Source: Dubosiella newyorkensis (GTDB lineage Bacteria > Bacillota_I > Bacilli_A > Erysipelotrichales > Erysipelotrichaceae). Taken from it: a DNA stretch of 32,000 nt. This document shows positions 15,955 to 26,049 of this stretch, in pieces; position 1 is the first letter of the stretch; every line of letters starts with the position of its first letter. The translations under genes were made by a program, and so were the position numbers. The stretch lies in assembly GCF_001945605.1 (NCBI RefSeq), contig NZ_MPKA01000042.1, positions 1 to 32,000 of the forward strand, read 5' to 3'. The notes below the pieces were generated by a model. The model was not told the DNA's origin. It did not search any database and saw only the letters and a list, made by a program, of their open reading frames with translations.

Positions 15955-17400
15955 ATGTTAAAACTCGATCCGATCTTTAGTGATCATGCGCTTATTCAAC
16001 ATAGCGTTGAAAATACGATCAAAGGATGGGCCAGTCCCAACGAAACGATCCATGTCGTCTTTCATGAACGATCTTTCCAAACCATAAGCAATAAAGAAGG
16101 AGAGTGGTCGATCGTACTGCCTCCTTTTTTGCCAATATGGTCAACAGAATGCAAAGTTTATACGGAAAGAGAAATGATCGAAATTCACGATATTGCGATC
16201 GGCGACCTCTATTTAGCGGCTGGACAATCCAACATGGAATATATATTGGAGGATGAAGCCAATTATCCAGGCTCAGCCAAAGACATGAAACCATTCCGCT
16301 TCTTGATCGTTCCGCCAGTCGAATACATCCAAAACGGACAAGAAGTCCCTTCATTTGAAAAGATGAATTGGAAAAACGCGACAATAGAGAACATCAAAAC
16401 GCTTTCTGCCGTCTCGTTTTATGCGATCCAAGAAATCGCTAAAAAAACGAAGATCCCTCTAGGAATCGTGGGGTGCTATAAAGGAGGGACGAGCGCTTCC
16501 TGCTGGATCGATGAAGAAGTACTCAAACACAATGCGATCCTTAAAAAAGAATACTACGATACGTATTGGACCGATATCAAAGACCAAAGTGAACAAGAAG
16601 AGGACCAAAAACGAAACGCCTACCAAGAAAAGCTGCAAGACTACACTCAAAAAGTCGAAGCATATCAAAAACAATATCCAGATCGCTCTTTATCCCAGCT
16701 GAAACACGATCTAGGCCATACGCCATGGCCTGGACCGAAAGGAAACAAAGATTTTGGAAGACCTTCCGGCCTCTATCATACGATGTTTTCAAAAATCAAA
16801 GATCTATCGTTTAAAGCTGTTTGGTGGTATCAAGGAGAAGAAGACGCCAAACACGCGGATATTTACGCGATCTTGCTTGGAACACTGATCGATTCATGGC
16901 GCATCGATTTGCACGATTCGCTTCCATTCTTTCTCGTTCAGCTGCCCAACTATATAGAAACGACCTACCCAGAAACGTGGCCGATCTTGCGGGAAGCCCA
17001 AATGAAAAACGCCCGAGGAAAAGAAGATGTAGAGATCCTTTGCGCCTTGGATTGTGGAGATGACTATAATATCCATCCAATCGATAAGACAAAGATCGGA
17101 AAACGTCTTGGCCAACTAGTGCTGAAGACGCTTTATGATTTCAATGAGCTTATTTTGTTTCCGATCCTGAAACGATGGAAGCGTGTCGATCAAGATATCG
17201 TTCTTGAATTTTCTAATATCGAAGACGGTACGATCCTTCTTGAAGTCGATGGGTTCGAACACGAGTATCGAATCGAGGAAGGGAAGACCGTCGTTCCAAA
17301 CGCGAAGCTAACGATCTCTTATGCGTATAAAAACAATCCTAAATCGCTCGTCATGCACAACGAGCTTCCGATGTTCCCATTCTATTTAAATGTTGAATAA
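15955..17400 (+). CDS. SASA/DUF303-type SGNH O-acetylesterase (sialate O-acetylesterase-like), with no signal peptide
   Basis: GDLYLAAGQSNMEY (GQSNM Ser motif), WWYQGEED and DDYNIHPIDK (Asp/His motif). The start is set at the ATG at 15955, preceded by AGAGGA. The track start at 15889 overlaps the GH1 gene. Confidence 0.75.
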   Translation: MLKLDPIFSDHALIQHSVENTIKGWASPNETIHVVFHERSFQTISNKEGEWSIVLPPFLPIWSTECKVYTEREMIEIHDIAIGDLYLAAGQSNMEYILEDEANYPGSAKDMKPFRFLIVPPVEYIQNGQEVPSFEKMNWKNATIENIKTLSAVSFYAIQEIAKKTKIPLGIVGCYKGGTSASCWIDEEVLKHNAILKKEYYDTYWTDIKDQSEQEEDQKRNAYQEKLQDYTQKVEAYQKQYPDRSLSQLKHDLGHTPWPGPKGNKDFGRPSGLYHTMFSKIKDLSFKAVWWYQGEEDAKHADIYAILLGTLIDSWRIDLHDSLPFFLVQLPNYIETTYPETWPILREAQMKNARGKEDVEILCALDCGDDYNIHPIDKTKIGKRLGQLVLKTLYDFNELILFPILKRWKRVDQDIVLEFSNIEDGTILLEVDGFEHEYRIEEGKTVVPNAKLTISYAYKNNPKSLVMHNELPMFPFYLNVE

Positions 17401-17402
17401 GC

Positions 17403-17440
17403 AAAAAACTCTTTCTCGATTCATAGAAAGAGTTTTTTTT
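17403..17440 (+). terminator. Rho-independent terminator of the GH1-esterase operon
   Basis: ACTCTTTCT (17408-17416) pairs with AGAAAGAGT (17425-17433). A T-run extends to 17440. Confidence 0.8.
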
Positions 17441-17489
17441 GACCTTGTATTTAGGGCTATATGGGTGTATATTTAATAGGCAAAAACAT

Positions 17490-17565
17490 TGGGGTATAGC
17501 CAAGCGGTAAGGCACCAGACTCTGAATCTGGCATTTCCTTGGTTCGAATCCAAGTACCCCAGCCA
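17490..17565 (+). tRNA. tRNA-Gln (anticodon CUG), CCA encoded
   Basis: TGGGGTATAGCCAAGCGGTAAGGCACCAGACTCTGAATCTGGCATTTCCTTGGTTCGAATCCAAGTACCCCAGCCA. Acceptor stem TGGGGTA/TACCCCA, anticodon stem CCAGA/TCTGG, loop CTCTGAA, T-arm CTTGG-TTCGAAT-CCAAG. It is close to the E. coli tRNA-Gln sequence as I remember it. Confidence 0.9.
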
Positions 17566-17578
17566 TTTGAAAAATGCG

Positions 17579-17606
17579 GATACGAAGCGATTTCGTATCT
17601 TTTTTT
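17579..17606 (+). terminator. Terminator after tRNA-Gln
   Basis: GATACGAA (17579-17586) pairs with TTCGTATC (17592-17599) across a 5-nt loop, followed by T7. Confidence 0.75.
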
Positions 17607-17620
17607 ATAGCGAAAACAAT

Positions 17621-17649
17621 AAAAAACCGATCGAAGCGATCGGCTTTTT
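17621..17649 (-). terminator. Terminator of the minus-strand GH1 gene (hairpin flanked by an A-run and a T-run, so possibly bidirectional)
   Basis: CCGATCG (17627-17633) pairs with CGATCGG (17637-17643), loop AAG. A6 lies upstream and T5 downstream on the + strand. Confidence 0.65.
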
Positions 17650-17663
17650 CGTTTCTCGCAATT

Positions 17664-19133
<1,470 letters not shown>

Positions 19134-19232
19134 TTATTCTACTCTATTATTATAACTAATTTTGATTTTTTCTTGTAGGTTGAAAGGCTTGTTCTTTCGT
19201 TATAAGATAGAATGACGAAAGGATGAGAATCT

Positions 19233-20702
19233 ATGAAAAAAACGCGCACCCGTTTTGCTCCAAGCCCTACGGGATATATGCATATTGGAAACTTAAGAAC
19301 AGCCTTGTTCGAATATTTGATCGCCAAGCATGATCATGGCGATTTCCTTCTGCGCATCGAAGACACAGACCAAGAACGTCAAGTCGAAGGTGCTGAAGAA
19401 ATGATCTATAAAACATTGAAAGAATGTGGATTGAACTGGGATGAAGGACCTGACATTGGTGGAGATTTCGGACCATACATTCAAAGCGAACGACTTCCTA
19501 TGTACAAAGGCTATGCCGAAGAGCTCGTCAAGCTTGGAGGCGCCCATTATTGTTTTTGTTCGGAAGAAGAGATCCAAGCCCAAAGAGAAGAGGCCGAAAG
19601 CTTAGGCGCATCTTTTAAATTCGAAGACCCATGCAAGCATCTCTCCCAAGAAGAGCTCCAAGCTAAATTGGACGCGAAGGAACCATATGTGATCCGTCAA
19701 ACGATCAAGAACGTAGGTGAAACATCGTTTGATGATGAAGTCTATGGTCATATCGAATTTGATGGCGACTTGCTCGACGAACAGATCTTATTGAAATCGG
19801 ATGGTTTTCCAACCTACAACTTCGCCAACATCATCGACGACCATCAAATGCAGATCTCCCATGTCGTTCGAGGAAACGAGTATTTATCCAGTACGCCAAA
19901 ATACAATTTGATCTATGACGCCTATGGGTGGGAAAGACCAACCTATGTTCATGTGCCGCCAGTCATGAAGGACGAGCACCATAAACTTTCCAAACGCAAT
20001 GGCGATGCCAGCTTCCAGGACCTTGTCGCCAAAGGCTATTTACCAGAAGCGATCATCAATTACTTAGCGCTTTTAGGCTGGTCGCCAGAGACAGAACAAG
20101 AAATCTATTCGCTTCCAGAATTGATCAAAGAATTCAAAGTTTCCCGCATCTCGAAAAGTCCAGCGATCTTCGATATCGATAAGCTGACTTGGATGAACGG
20201 TTTGTATTTACGCAACATGGATGAAGAGACCTACTACGAAACAGTGCGTCCATATTTAGAAAAAGCGATCCAAAACGACTATGATCTCAAACAGATCGCC
20301 AAGATCATTCAGCCTCGTATCGATCATCTTGAACAAATCGAAGAAGCCGTCGACTTTTTCGATGTTCTTCCTGACTACGATTTGCAGATGTACAAACATA
20401 AAAAGATGAAGACGACCCTTGAAATCGCTTTGAAGTCCTTGAAAGCTGTCGAGGAAGAATTGAGCGCATTGTCCGATTGGTCAAGCGAACAAGTGATCCA
20501 TGACACGCTTCTTGCCCTTCCAAAAAAGATGGAAATGAAAAATGGACAAGTGCTCTGGCCAGTGCGCACCGCTTTGACAGGAAAACAATTCACCCCAGGA
20601 GGCGCGATCGAGATCGCCTATATTCTAGGGAAAGACGAATCATTGAACCGGATTCGTACAGGAATCGAACGCCTTGTGAAAGAATTAGAATCGGCTAAAT
20701 AA
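19233..20702 (+). CDS. gltX: Glutamate--tRNA ligase
   Basis: RFAPSPTGYMHIGNLRTALF (HIGH), LRIEDTDQER, KLSKRNG (KMSKS) and LGWSP. Confidence 0.95.
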   Translation: MKKTRTRFAPSPTGYMHIGNLRTALFEYLIAKHDHGDFLLRIEDTDQERQVEGAEEMIYKTLKECGLNWDEGPDIGGDFGPYIQSERLPMYKGYAEELVKLGGAHYCFCSEEEIQAQREEAESLGASFKFEDPCKHLSQEELQAKLDAKEPYVIRQTIKNVGETSFDDEVYGHIEFDGDLLDEQILLKSDGFPTYNFANIIDDHQMQISHVVRGNEYLSSTPKYNLIYDAYGWERPTYVHVPPVMKDEHHKLSKRNGDASFQDLVAKGYLPEAIINYLALLGWSPETEQEIYSLPELIKEFKVSRISKSPAIFDIDKLTWMNGLYLRNMDEETYYETVRPYLEKAIQNDYDLKQIAKIIQPRIDHLEQIEEAVDFFDVLPDYDLQMYKHKKMKTTLEIALKSLKAVEEELSALSDWSSEQVIHDTLLALPKKMEMKNGQVLWPVRTALTGKQFTPGGAIEIAYILGKDESLNRIRTGIERLVKELESAK

Positions 20703-20715
20703 AGCCGATTCTTTT
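20688..20715 (+). terminator. Terminator of gltX, overlapping its stop codon
   Basis: GAATCGGCT (20688-20696) pairs perfectly with AGCCGATTC (20703-20711), followed by T4. Confidence 0.6.
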
Positions 20716-20723
20716 AAGATACT

Positions 20724-21518
20724 ATGAAATTTACAGCATTTTTGATCAAACTCGGCATTTCGGTCCTCATCATCTTCGTCTTTTTCGTCTTGGCGCCAAA
20801 AGTCAAGCGCTTTGTGATGAACTTTGACAAACATCCTCAAGATCAAGGCGCTATGATGTTTTTGGGCTCGATCGTTCAAATCAGCATCCAATGCATCGGG
20901 ATCATCGTGGCTTTAGGACAGCTTGGCGTCGATACCTCCGTGATCGTCGGCGCGTTTTCGGCTATAGGACTAGGAATCTCGCTCGCCCTCAAAAACAATA
21001 TGGCCAATGTAGCAGGTGGGATCCAGATCGTCTTGACAAAACCCTTCTTGATTGGCGATTATGTGGAAATCGGCACGTATGCAGGAACAGTCACATCGAT
21101 CGATACGATGTTCATGACCCTGCTTTCCGTCAATCGGCAAGAAATCGTCGTTCCAAACGCCACGGTCATTTCAGAAGTGGTCGTCAATTACTCGAAAGAA
21201 AAAAGCCGCCGCATCCAGATCGTCTTGAGCGTAAGCAACACGACCGATGTGAAGGCTTTTATGAATGATCTAGTCCAGATCATGAACGAGGAAGCGCTCC
21301 TCTTAAAAGATCCAGCGCCTTATGCTCGAGTGAGCGCGTTTTTGCCAAACGGAAATGGAATCAATATTACCGCTTTCGCGTTTGCTCCTGTCGAACACTA
21401 CTGGGATATCCTTTTTTCCTTAAATTTGAAGTTCCAGCAACTCATGCAAGAAAAACAGATCCAGCAACCAACGGACGCATTGAGCATTAAATCAGTTGAA
21501 GATCTTCAAAAGCCTTGA
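20724..21518 (+). CDS. MscS-family small-conductance mechanosensitive channel
   Basis: Three N-terminal TM helices, then LALKNNMANVAGGIQIVLTKPFLIGDYVEIGTYAGTVTSIDTMFMTL (pore-lining TM3 plus beta domain). There is no SD before the ATG, so the start is uncertain. Confidence 0.75.
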   Translation: MKFTAFLIKLGISVLIIFVFFVLAPKVKRFVMNFDKHPQDQGAMMFLGSIVQISIQCIGIIVALGQLGVDTSVIVGAFSAIGLGISLALKNNMANVAGGIQIVLTKPFLIGDYVEIGTYAGTVTSIDTMFMTLLSVNRQEIVVPNATVISEVVVNYSKEKSRRIQIVLSVSNTTDVKAFMNDLVQIMNEEALLLKDPAPYARVSAFLPNGNGINITAFAFAPVEHYWDILFSLNLKFQQLMQEKQIQQPTDALSIKSVEDLQKP

Positions 21519-22317
21519 GGATCCCGTTCTCTTCCAAGCTGGCCGTAATGCGGTCGGCTTTTTGTTTGACTTCTTCAGTCGCGTTACCCATCGCGATCGA
21601 AACATCCGCCACATCGAACATACACAAATCATTTTGCGCATCTCCGATCGCGATCAAAGAATCCGCATGAAAATAGTCTTTTAAGATCCGCATACCTCGA
21701 GCTTTATCGATCCCATACGCCGCGATCTCGCCACTTTCTTTACCAAGCGGAGCAAACGTCGCCTGAATGAGCTCAAAATCGTTTGAAAGATCGTTCTTGA
21801 TTTGCGCAAAAGGCGTGTTGGACTCTAAAAACGTGATCTTGACGATCGGATACTGATCGATCGAATTCGTGTCGATCTCGCTCAAATGCTCATAGACGAG
21901 CGTGATCCCATGATTCTTTCGCTCTTCTTCGGATAGGTCTTTGCACCAATGATCCGCGATCGCTTTGACTTTCTCTTTATCTTGTTTTGAACAATAGATC
22001 GCTTCTGGACTTTCGTAAAGAGCGGGAATGTCGTGCGCGTCCATATACGCTTTTAGAGTTTGGATCTGCTCTTTAGAAAAGGCACACTCGTCCAAGATCG
22101 TTTCGCCAACTTTTGTCACGGCTCCAGCGCCCGCCACGATCGCATCATAATCGATCGTCGCAAGATCTCCATAAATTTCAACGAGCTGTCTTCCAGTGCA
22201 CAAAATAATCTTATGTCCATTGGCTTGGGCTTTTTGAATTGCTTTTTTTGCAGAATCAGGAATATATCCTTCATGATGGAACAAGGTCCCATCGGCATCT
22301 AAGAATACGGCTTGCAT
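21487..22317 (-). CDS. Cof-type HAD-IIB phosphatase
   Basis: FLDADGTL (motif I), LCTGR (motif II) and GDAQNDLCM (motif IV), with a cap domain in between. Confidence 0.85.
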   Translation of the reverse strand: MQAVFLDADGTLFHHEGYIPDSAKKAIQKAQANGHKIILCTGRQLVEIYGDLATIDYDAIVAGAGAVTKVGETILDECAFSKEQIQTLKAYMDAHDIPALYESPEAIYCSKQDKEKVKAIADHWCKDLSEEERKNHGITLVYEHLSEIDTNSIDQYPIVKITFLESNTPFAQIKNDLSNDFELIQATFAPLGKESGEIAAYGIDKARGMRILKDYFHADSLIAIGDAQNDLCMFDVADVSIAMGNATEEVKQKADRITASLEENGILKAFEDLQLI

Positions 22318-22413
22318 GATCTCCTCCTTGTTTTAGATATAGCTTAACAACGGAAAGGAGAACGTTCAAGAAGAAATGGTTTCAAACAAACAACTCTATG
22401 CTAAAATAGAGCC

Positions 22414-23037
22414 ATGAATATTTATATGTATCTTAGTGAGCCGGCTTTGAATTTGAACGTGCCGGATCGATGCAAGCCGCTGTGGAACGAGATCATCGCT
22501 TTAAGCAAGATCAACAATATGTCGCAAATCGAACAGATCCAGTACTTGCAGAAATATCACGCCCTCCTTGTTGACGAGTCTTCGCTCGATCTAGAAAAAA
22601 TCGAAAAAATGGCAAAAAAAGAGGCGAAAGCCAATCGCTGGCGAAGCACTTTCTGGAAAGAAGAATTCAAAGATCTCTTTTCGTTTTTGTTTATCTATTG
22701 GGTTTGTGTCGAGCAGCTCTATCCGTATGTGATCGAACGCTTGATCGAAGGGAAGGCGCCGTATACGATCGTTCCATTCAGCTTAGGCATGCTTGTGAAA
22801 GTGATCTGTGTCTATTTGATCTATAAACTGCTGCTTACGTTCATGGCGAAAAGCACGAAGCGTGATAATTGGAGATTTTGGCTTCCATTCATCGTCTTGT
22901 TTTTGGGATACTTAGGAACGATCTTTCTTTCTCATCAACTAAATTCGGTCGTTTTATTCGATTATCCGCTCGTTGTGGTCGTCGTGGTTTTTGGACTCCT
23001 TTTTTTATGGGAGTGGCATAGAAAGGATCGTGTATGA
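22414..23037 (+). CDS. Hypothetical membrane protein (soluble N-terminal domain of about 90 aa plus about 4 TM helices)
   Basis: 207-aa ORF with clear hydrophobic helices. I recognise no family. There is no SD, and TAAAAT (22402-22407) ends 6 nt before the ATG. Confidence 0.5.
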   Translation: MNIYMYLSEPALNLNVPDRCKPLWNEIIALSKINNMSQIEQIQYLQKYHALLVDESSLDLEKIEKMAKKEAKANRWRSTFWKEEFKDLFSFLFIYWVCVEQLYPYVIERLIEGKAPYTIVPFSLGMLVKVICVYLIYKLLLTFMAKSTKRDNWRFWLPFIVLFLGYLGTIFLSHQLNSVVLFDYPLVVVVVVFGLLFLWEWHRKDRV

Positions 23038-23741
23038 ATACTTGGATCTATTTAGGATCGATCATTGTTGCCGGTATCTTATTTGCCCTCATTCCCGAAA
23101 ACAAGCTAAGAAAGTATCTTTCGATCTTTTCCTTCAAAAAATTCGGGATCCGGAAAAAGAAGCGCTGGAACGCTTTGATCGACGATTTAGGGAATGGGTT
23201 TCAGGTCTTGAGCTTTCTGTTCTGCTTGTTTTTTTGGGCCATTCCCTATTTTGAATATTTCTACGCGCTTTGGCTCTTTTTTACGCTTTTGTGCGCTCTT
23301 TCGCGCGCCTGCTTGATCGCGAGCGCTTTTGGTAAAGGCAAACAGGCGAAAGTCAAAGCGGCTCTCGTGCGAGTTTTTTTGTTTTATACTGGCTGTATCG
23401 GCGGAGCGGCGGCTTTAGGCGCGTTCAATCATGGGATCGCCTACGCGTCGTTTCCGATCTTCCTGGACCATATAGAAGCGAGACGTTTCATGGATTATAT
23501 GTACTTTTTAACGGATCCAACGTTTTTCTTCGTGCTTTTGGAGTTCATTTTGTTGGTGACGCCATTGATGGTGCTATGGTCGCATTTTCGCTATATGCGG
23601 ACAGAACGAACGCTTAGAGCGGCCAATATCTATACGTTCGTCTTCAAGATGCTGCTTTTGAATGTTTGTTTATTTGGCTTGAGCTATTATGGCTTCTCTT
23701 TTATCAATTCTGTTTATCACGTGGAATATACGCAAACTTGA
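23034..23741 (+). CDS. Hypothetical polytopic membrane protein (about 6 TM helices)
   Basis: 235-aa ORF forming an ATGA overlap with the preceding gene. AAAGGA lies about 8 nt upstream. I recognise no family. Confidence 0.55.
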   Translation: MNTWIYLGSIIVAGILFALIPENKLRKYLSIFSFKKFGIRKKKRWNALIDDLGNGFQVLSFLFCLFFWAIPYFEYFYALWLFFTLLCALSRACLIASAFGKGKQAKVKAALVRVFLFYTGCIGGAAALGAFNHGIAYASFPIFLDHIEARRFMDYMYFLTDPTFFFVLLEFILLVTPLMVLWSHFRYMRTERTLRAANIYTFVFKMLLLNVCLFGLSYYGFSFINSVYHVEYTQT

Positions 23742-23794
23742 TTTGAGCGTGTATTCTTTTTTTTGTATACTAGAACAAGAAAGAAGGATGTTTC

Positions 23795-25585
23795 ATGGAT
23801 AATGTGGTAGAACGTCTTGCCAAGCTTCGCAAGGCGATGGAAGAAGCGCAAGTGAGCGCCTATATCATTCCGACTTCGGATTTTCACGATACTGAATATG
23901 TATGTGAATATTTTGCGGCTCGCAAATATTTTTCCGGATTTACGGGAAGCGCGGGCACGCTAGTCGTATTAAAAAACACGGCCGCTCTTTGGACGGATGG
24001 TCGTTATTTTATTCAAGCGGCCAAACAGCTGGAAAACAGTGGCATTGAATTGATGAAGATGGGCGTAGAAGGTACGCCAAGCATCGAAGAATATATCGTT
24101 TCCCATCTTCAAAAAGGGGAAACTGTCGCTTTTGATGGCCGGACGATCAACGTGCTTGAAGCGCGTCGATATGAACGGTTTTTTAAAGGGCACGATTTGA
24201 AGGTCGAGCCTTCTTTGGATCTGATCTCTAAGATCTGGACGGATCGTCCTTCGCTTCCAGATTCAAAAACGTTTCACTACGATGTGAAATATACCGGAAA
24301 AGAAATGGACGAAAAGCTCAAAGAAGTGCGTCAAAAAATGAAAGAGGAAGGGGTTTCTTCGCTCGTTTTGACAAAGATCGACGAGATCGCATGGCTCTAT
24401 AACTTAAGAGCTGACGACATCCCTTTCTTTCCTGTAGCGCTGGCGTATACGATCGTTCATGAAGATAGCGCGGATCTATATATCGACGATTCTCGTCTAG
24501 ATGAGCAAAGCAAAGCTCTTTTTGAAAAAAACAACGTCTCGATCAAGCCATACGATGCGATCTATGAGGAGGCAAAAGAAGTCAAAGCACCAGTCTGGAT
24601 CGATGCGACAAGCATTAACGCGACTTTGGCCAACAACTTGCCAAACGATCGATACGAGGCGTTTTCGCCAATCATCTTGATGAAGGCGTGCAAAAACAGC
24701 ATCGAGATCGCGAATACGAAAGAAGCCCATTTGAAAGATGGCGCGGCATGTACGAAATTCATGTATTGGATCAAACAGAATGTCGGTCAAGAAGAAATGA
24801 GCGAAATGTCGGCTGCCCAGCACTTGCAAGCGCTGCGTAAAGAACAGCCACTCTATCTAGAAGATAGTTTCAATACGATCAGCGCCTATAAAGAAAACGC
24901 GGCGATGATGCATTATTCGGCTAGCGAAGACTCGAATGCTCCACTCAAAGCGGAAGGAATGCTTTTGGTCGATAGTGGTGGACATTATTTGGATGGCACG
25001 ACCGATATTACTCGGACCTATGTTCTTGGTCCGATCACACCAGAAGAAAAGTTCTGGTTCACTAAAGCGCTGCGTGGTCATATTCGTTTAGAGAGAGCGA
25101 AATTCTTATATGGGTGCCGCGGCATCAATTTAGATATTTTGGCGCGCGGACCGCTTTGGGAGCTAGATATGGATTATCAATGCGGCACGGGTCATGGCGT
25201 AGGCCACTTGCTGAGCGTTCATGAAGCGCCGAATGGATTCCGCTGGAAGATCGTGCCAGAACGAAACGATTCTGCGATCTTGGAAGAAGGGATGATCCAG
25301 TCCAACGAGCCTGGTGTTTATGAAGAAGGAAAATTCGGGATCCGCCATGAAAACGAGATGGTCGTTGTCAAAGGCAATAAAAACAAGTATGGTCAATTTA
25401 TGGGGTTGGAAACGTTGACGTTCGTTCCTTTTGATCTAGATGGGATCGATCCAAAATTGATGTTGGATGATGAGATCGAATGGCTCAACGACTATCATCG
25501 TCAAGTGTATGAAAAGATCTCGCCTCGTTTGAGCAAGGAAGAGGCGATCTGGTTGAAAGAGGCGACACGTCCGATTTCGAAATGA
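23795..25585 (+). CDS. Xaa-Pro aminopeptidase (M24B, aminopeptidase P family, long form)
   Basis: Creatinase-like N-terminal domains plus the M24 metal ligands: DSGGHY..GTTDITRT, GTGHGVGHLLSVHE, SNEPG, IRHEN. Confidence 0.85.
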   Translation: MDNVVERLAKLRKAMEEAQVSAYIIPTSDFHDTEYVCEYFAARKYFSGFTGSAGTLVVLKNTAALWTDGRYFIQAAKQLENSGIELMKMGVEGTPSIEEYIVSHLQKGETVAFDGRTINVLEARRYERFFKGHDLKVEPSLDLISKIWTDRPSLPDSKTFHYDVKYTGKEMDEKLKEVRQKMKEEGVSSLVLTKIDEIAWLYNLRADDIPFFPVALAYTIVHEDSADLYIDDSRLDEQSKALFEKNNVSIKPYDAIYEEAKEVKAPVWIDATSINATLANNLPNDRYEAFSPIILMKACKNSIEIANTKEAHLKDGAACTKFMYWIKQNVGQEEMSEMSAAQHLQALRKEQPLYLEDSFNTISAYKENAAMMHYSASEDSNAPLKAEGMLLVDSGGHYLDGTTDITRTYVLGPITPEEKFWFTKALRGHIRLERAKFLYGCRGINLDILARGPLWELDMDYQCGTGHGVGHLLSVHEAPNGFRWKIVPERNDSAILEEGMIQSNEPGVYEEGKFGIRHENEMVVVKGNKNKYGQFMGLETLTFVPFDLDGIDPKLMLDDEIEWLNDYHRQVYEKISPRLSKEEAIWLKEATRPISK

Positions 25586-26046
25586 AAGCGCGGATGTTCG
25601 AAATCGAGTGTCCTTCTTGTCACGAAACCTTCTTTTTGATGCGGGACACGTATTATGTGAAGGGAATGGATCCTATAGCGGAAGAGCGTTTGCTCAATGG
25701 GTCATATTTTATGCATCGTTGTCGTAAATGCGATACAATCTTTACGATCTACCATCCTCTCTTGTTTCGTAGTCCGAAAAAGTTCAATTTGATCATGAGC
25801 AAAAAAAAGCAGATCGAGACGCTCGATGAGAACGAAAAACAATTCGTAGTCAATGATCCCAAAGATTTTATACGGTTGTTTCGTATCCTTGTTTATGAAG
25901 CGGATCTCAATGTCGTGGACCGTTTGGAAAAATATCTTTCAAATCATGGAGAGCGATTGGTGGAATTTGAAAGTTTTGATCAAGAACAAGGATTATTTTG
26001 GTTTTATGTTGACCATCGTTTGATGGCTGTTCGAACAAAGGAGTAA
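25582..26046 (+). CDS. Zinc-ribbon (CpXC-like) protein of unknown function
   Basis: CPSC (aa 10-13) and CRKC (aa 47-50) lie 37 residues apart. It forms an ATGA overlap with the aminopeptidase gene. Confidence 0.4.
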   Translation: MKARMFEIECPSCHETFFLMRDTYYVKGMDPIAEERLLNGSYFMHRCRKCDTIFTIYHPLLFRSPKKFNLIMSKKKQIETLDENEKQFVVNDPKDFIRLFRILVYEADLNVVDRLEKYLSNHGERLVEFESFDQEQGLFWFYVDHRLMAVRTKE

Positions 26047-26049
26047 ATT

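Noticed and set aside
15240-15956. Long antisense ORFs opposite well-supported genes: 238 aa at 15240-15956 (-), 192 aa at 18501-19079 (+), 189 aa at 26227-26796 (-), 148 aa at 11209-11655 (-) and 145 aa at 2143-2580 (+)
   Set aside because: Each lies wholly inside a gene whose sense strand carries unmistakable family motifs (GH1, GalE, ABC-F, FtsX permease). The antisense products are compositionally odd (F/V/D/R/I-rich), have no SD and match no motifs. They look like shadow ORFs arising from codon bias.
17490-17565. tRNA-Gln as the attachment site of an integrated element
   Set aside because: There is no integrase, phage or transfer gene next to it. I found no second copy of the tRNA 3' end in the window. 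The only integrase (29788-30888) is 12 kb away, with housekeeping genes in between.
20891-21268. An Arg-rich 125-aa alternative-frame ORF inside the MscS gene, and the small overlapping ORFs at 7005-7338 within the DUF3021 gene
   Set aside because: They are same-locus frame artefacts with extreme composition and no SD. The annotated frames carry the recognisable MscS and membrane-helix patterns.
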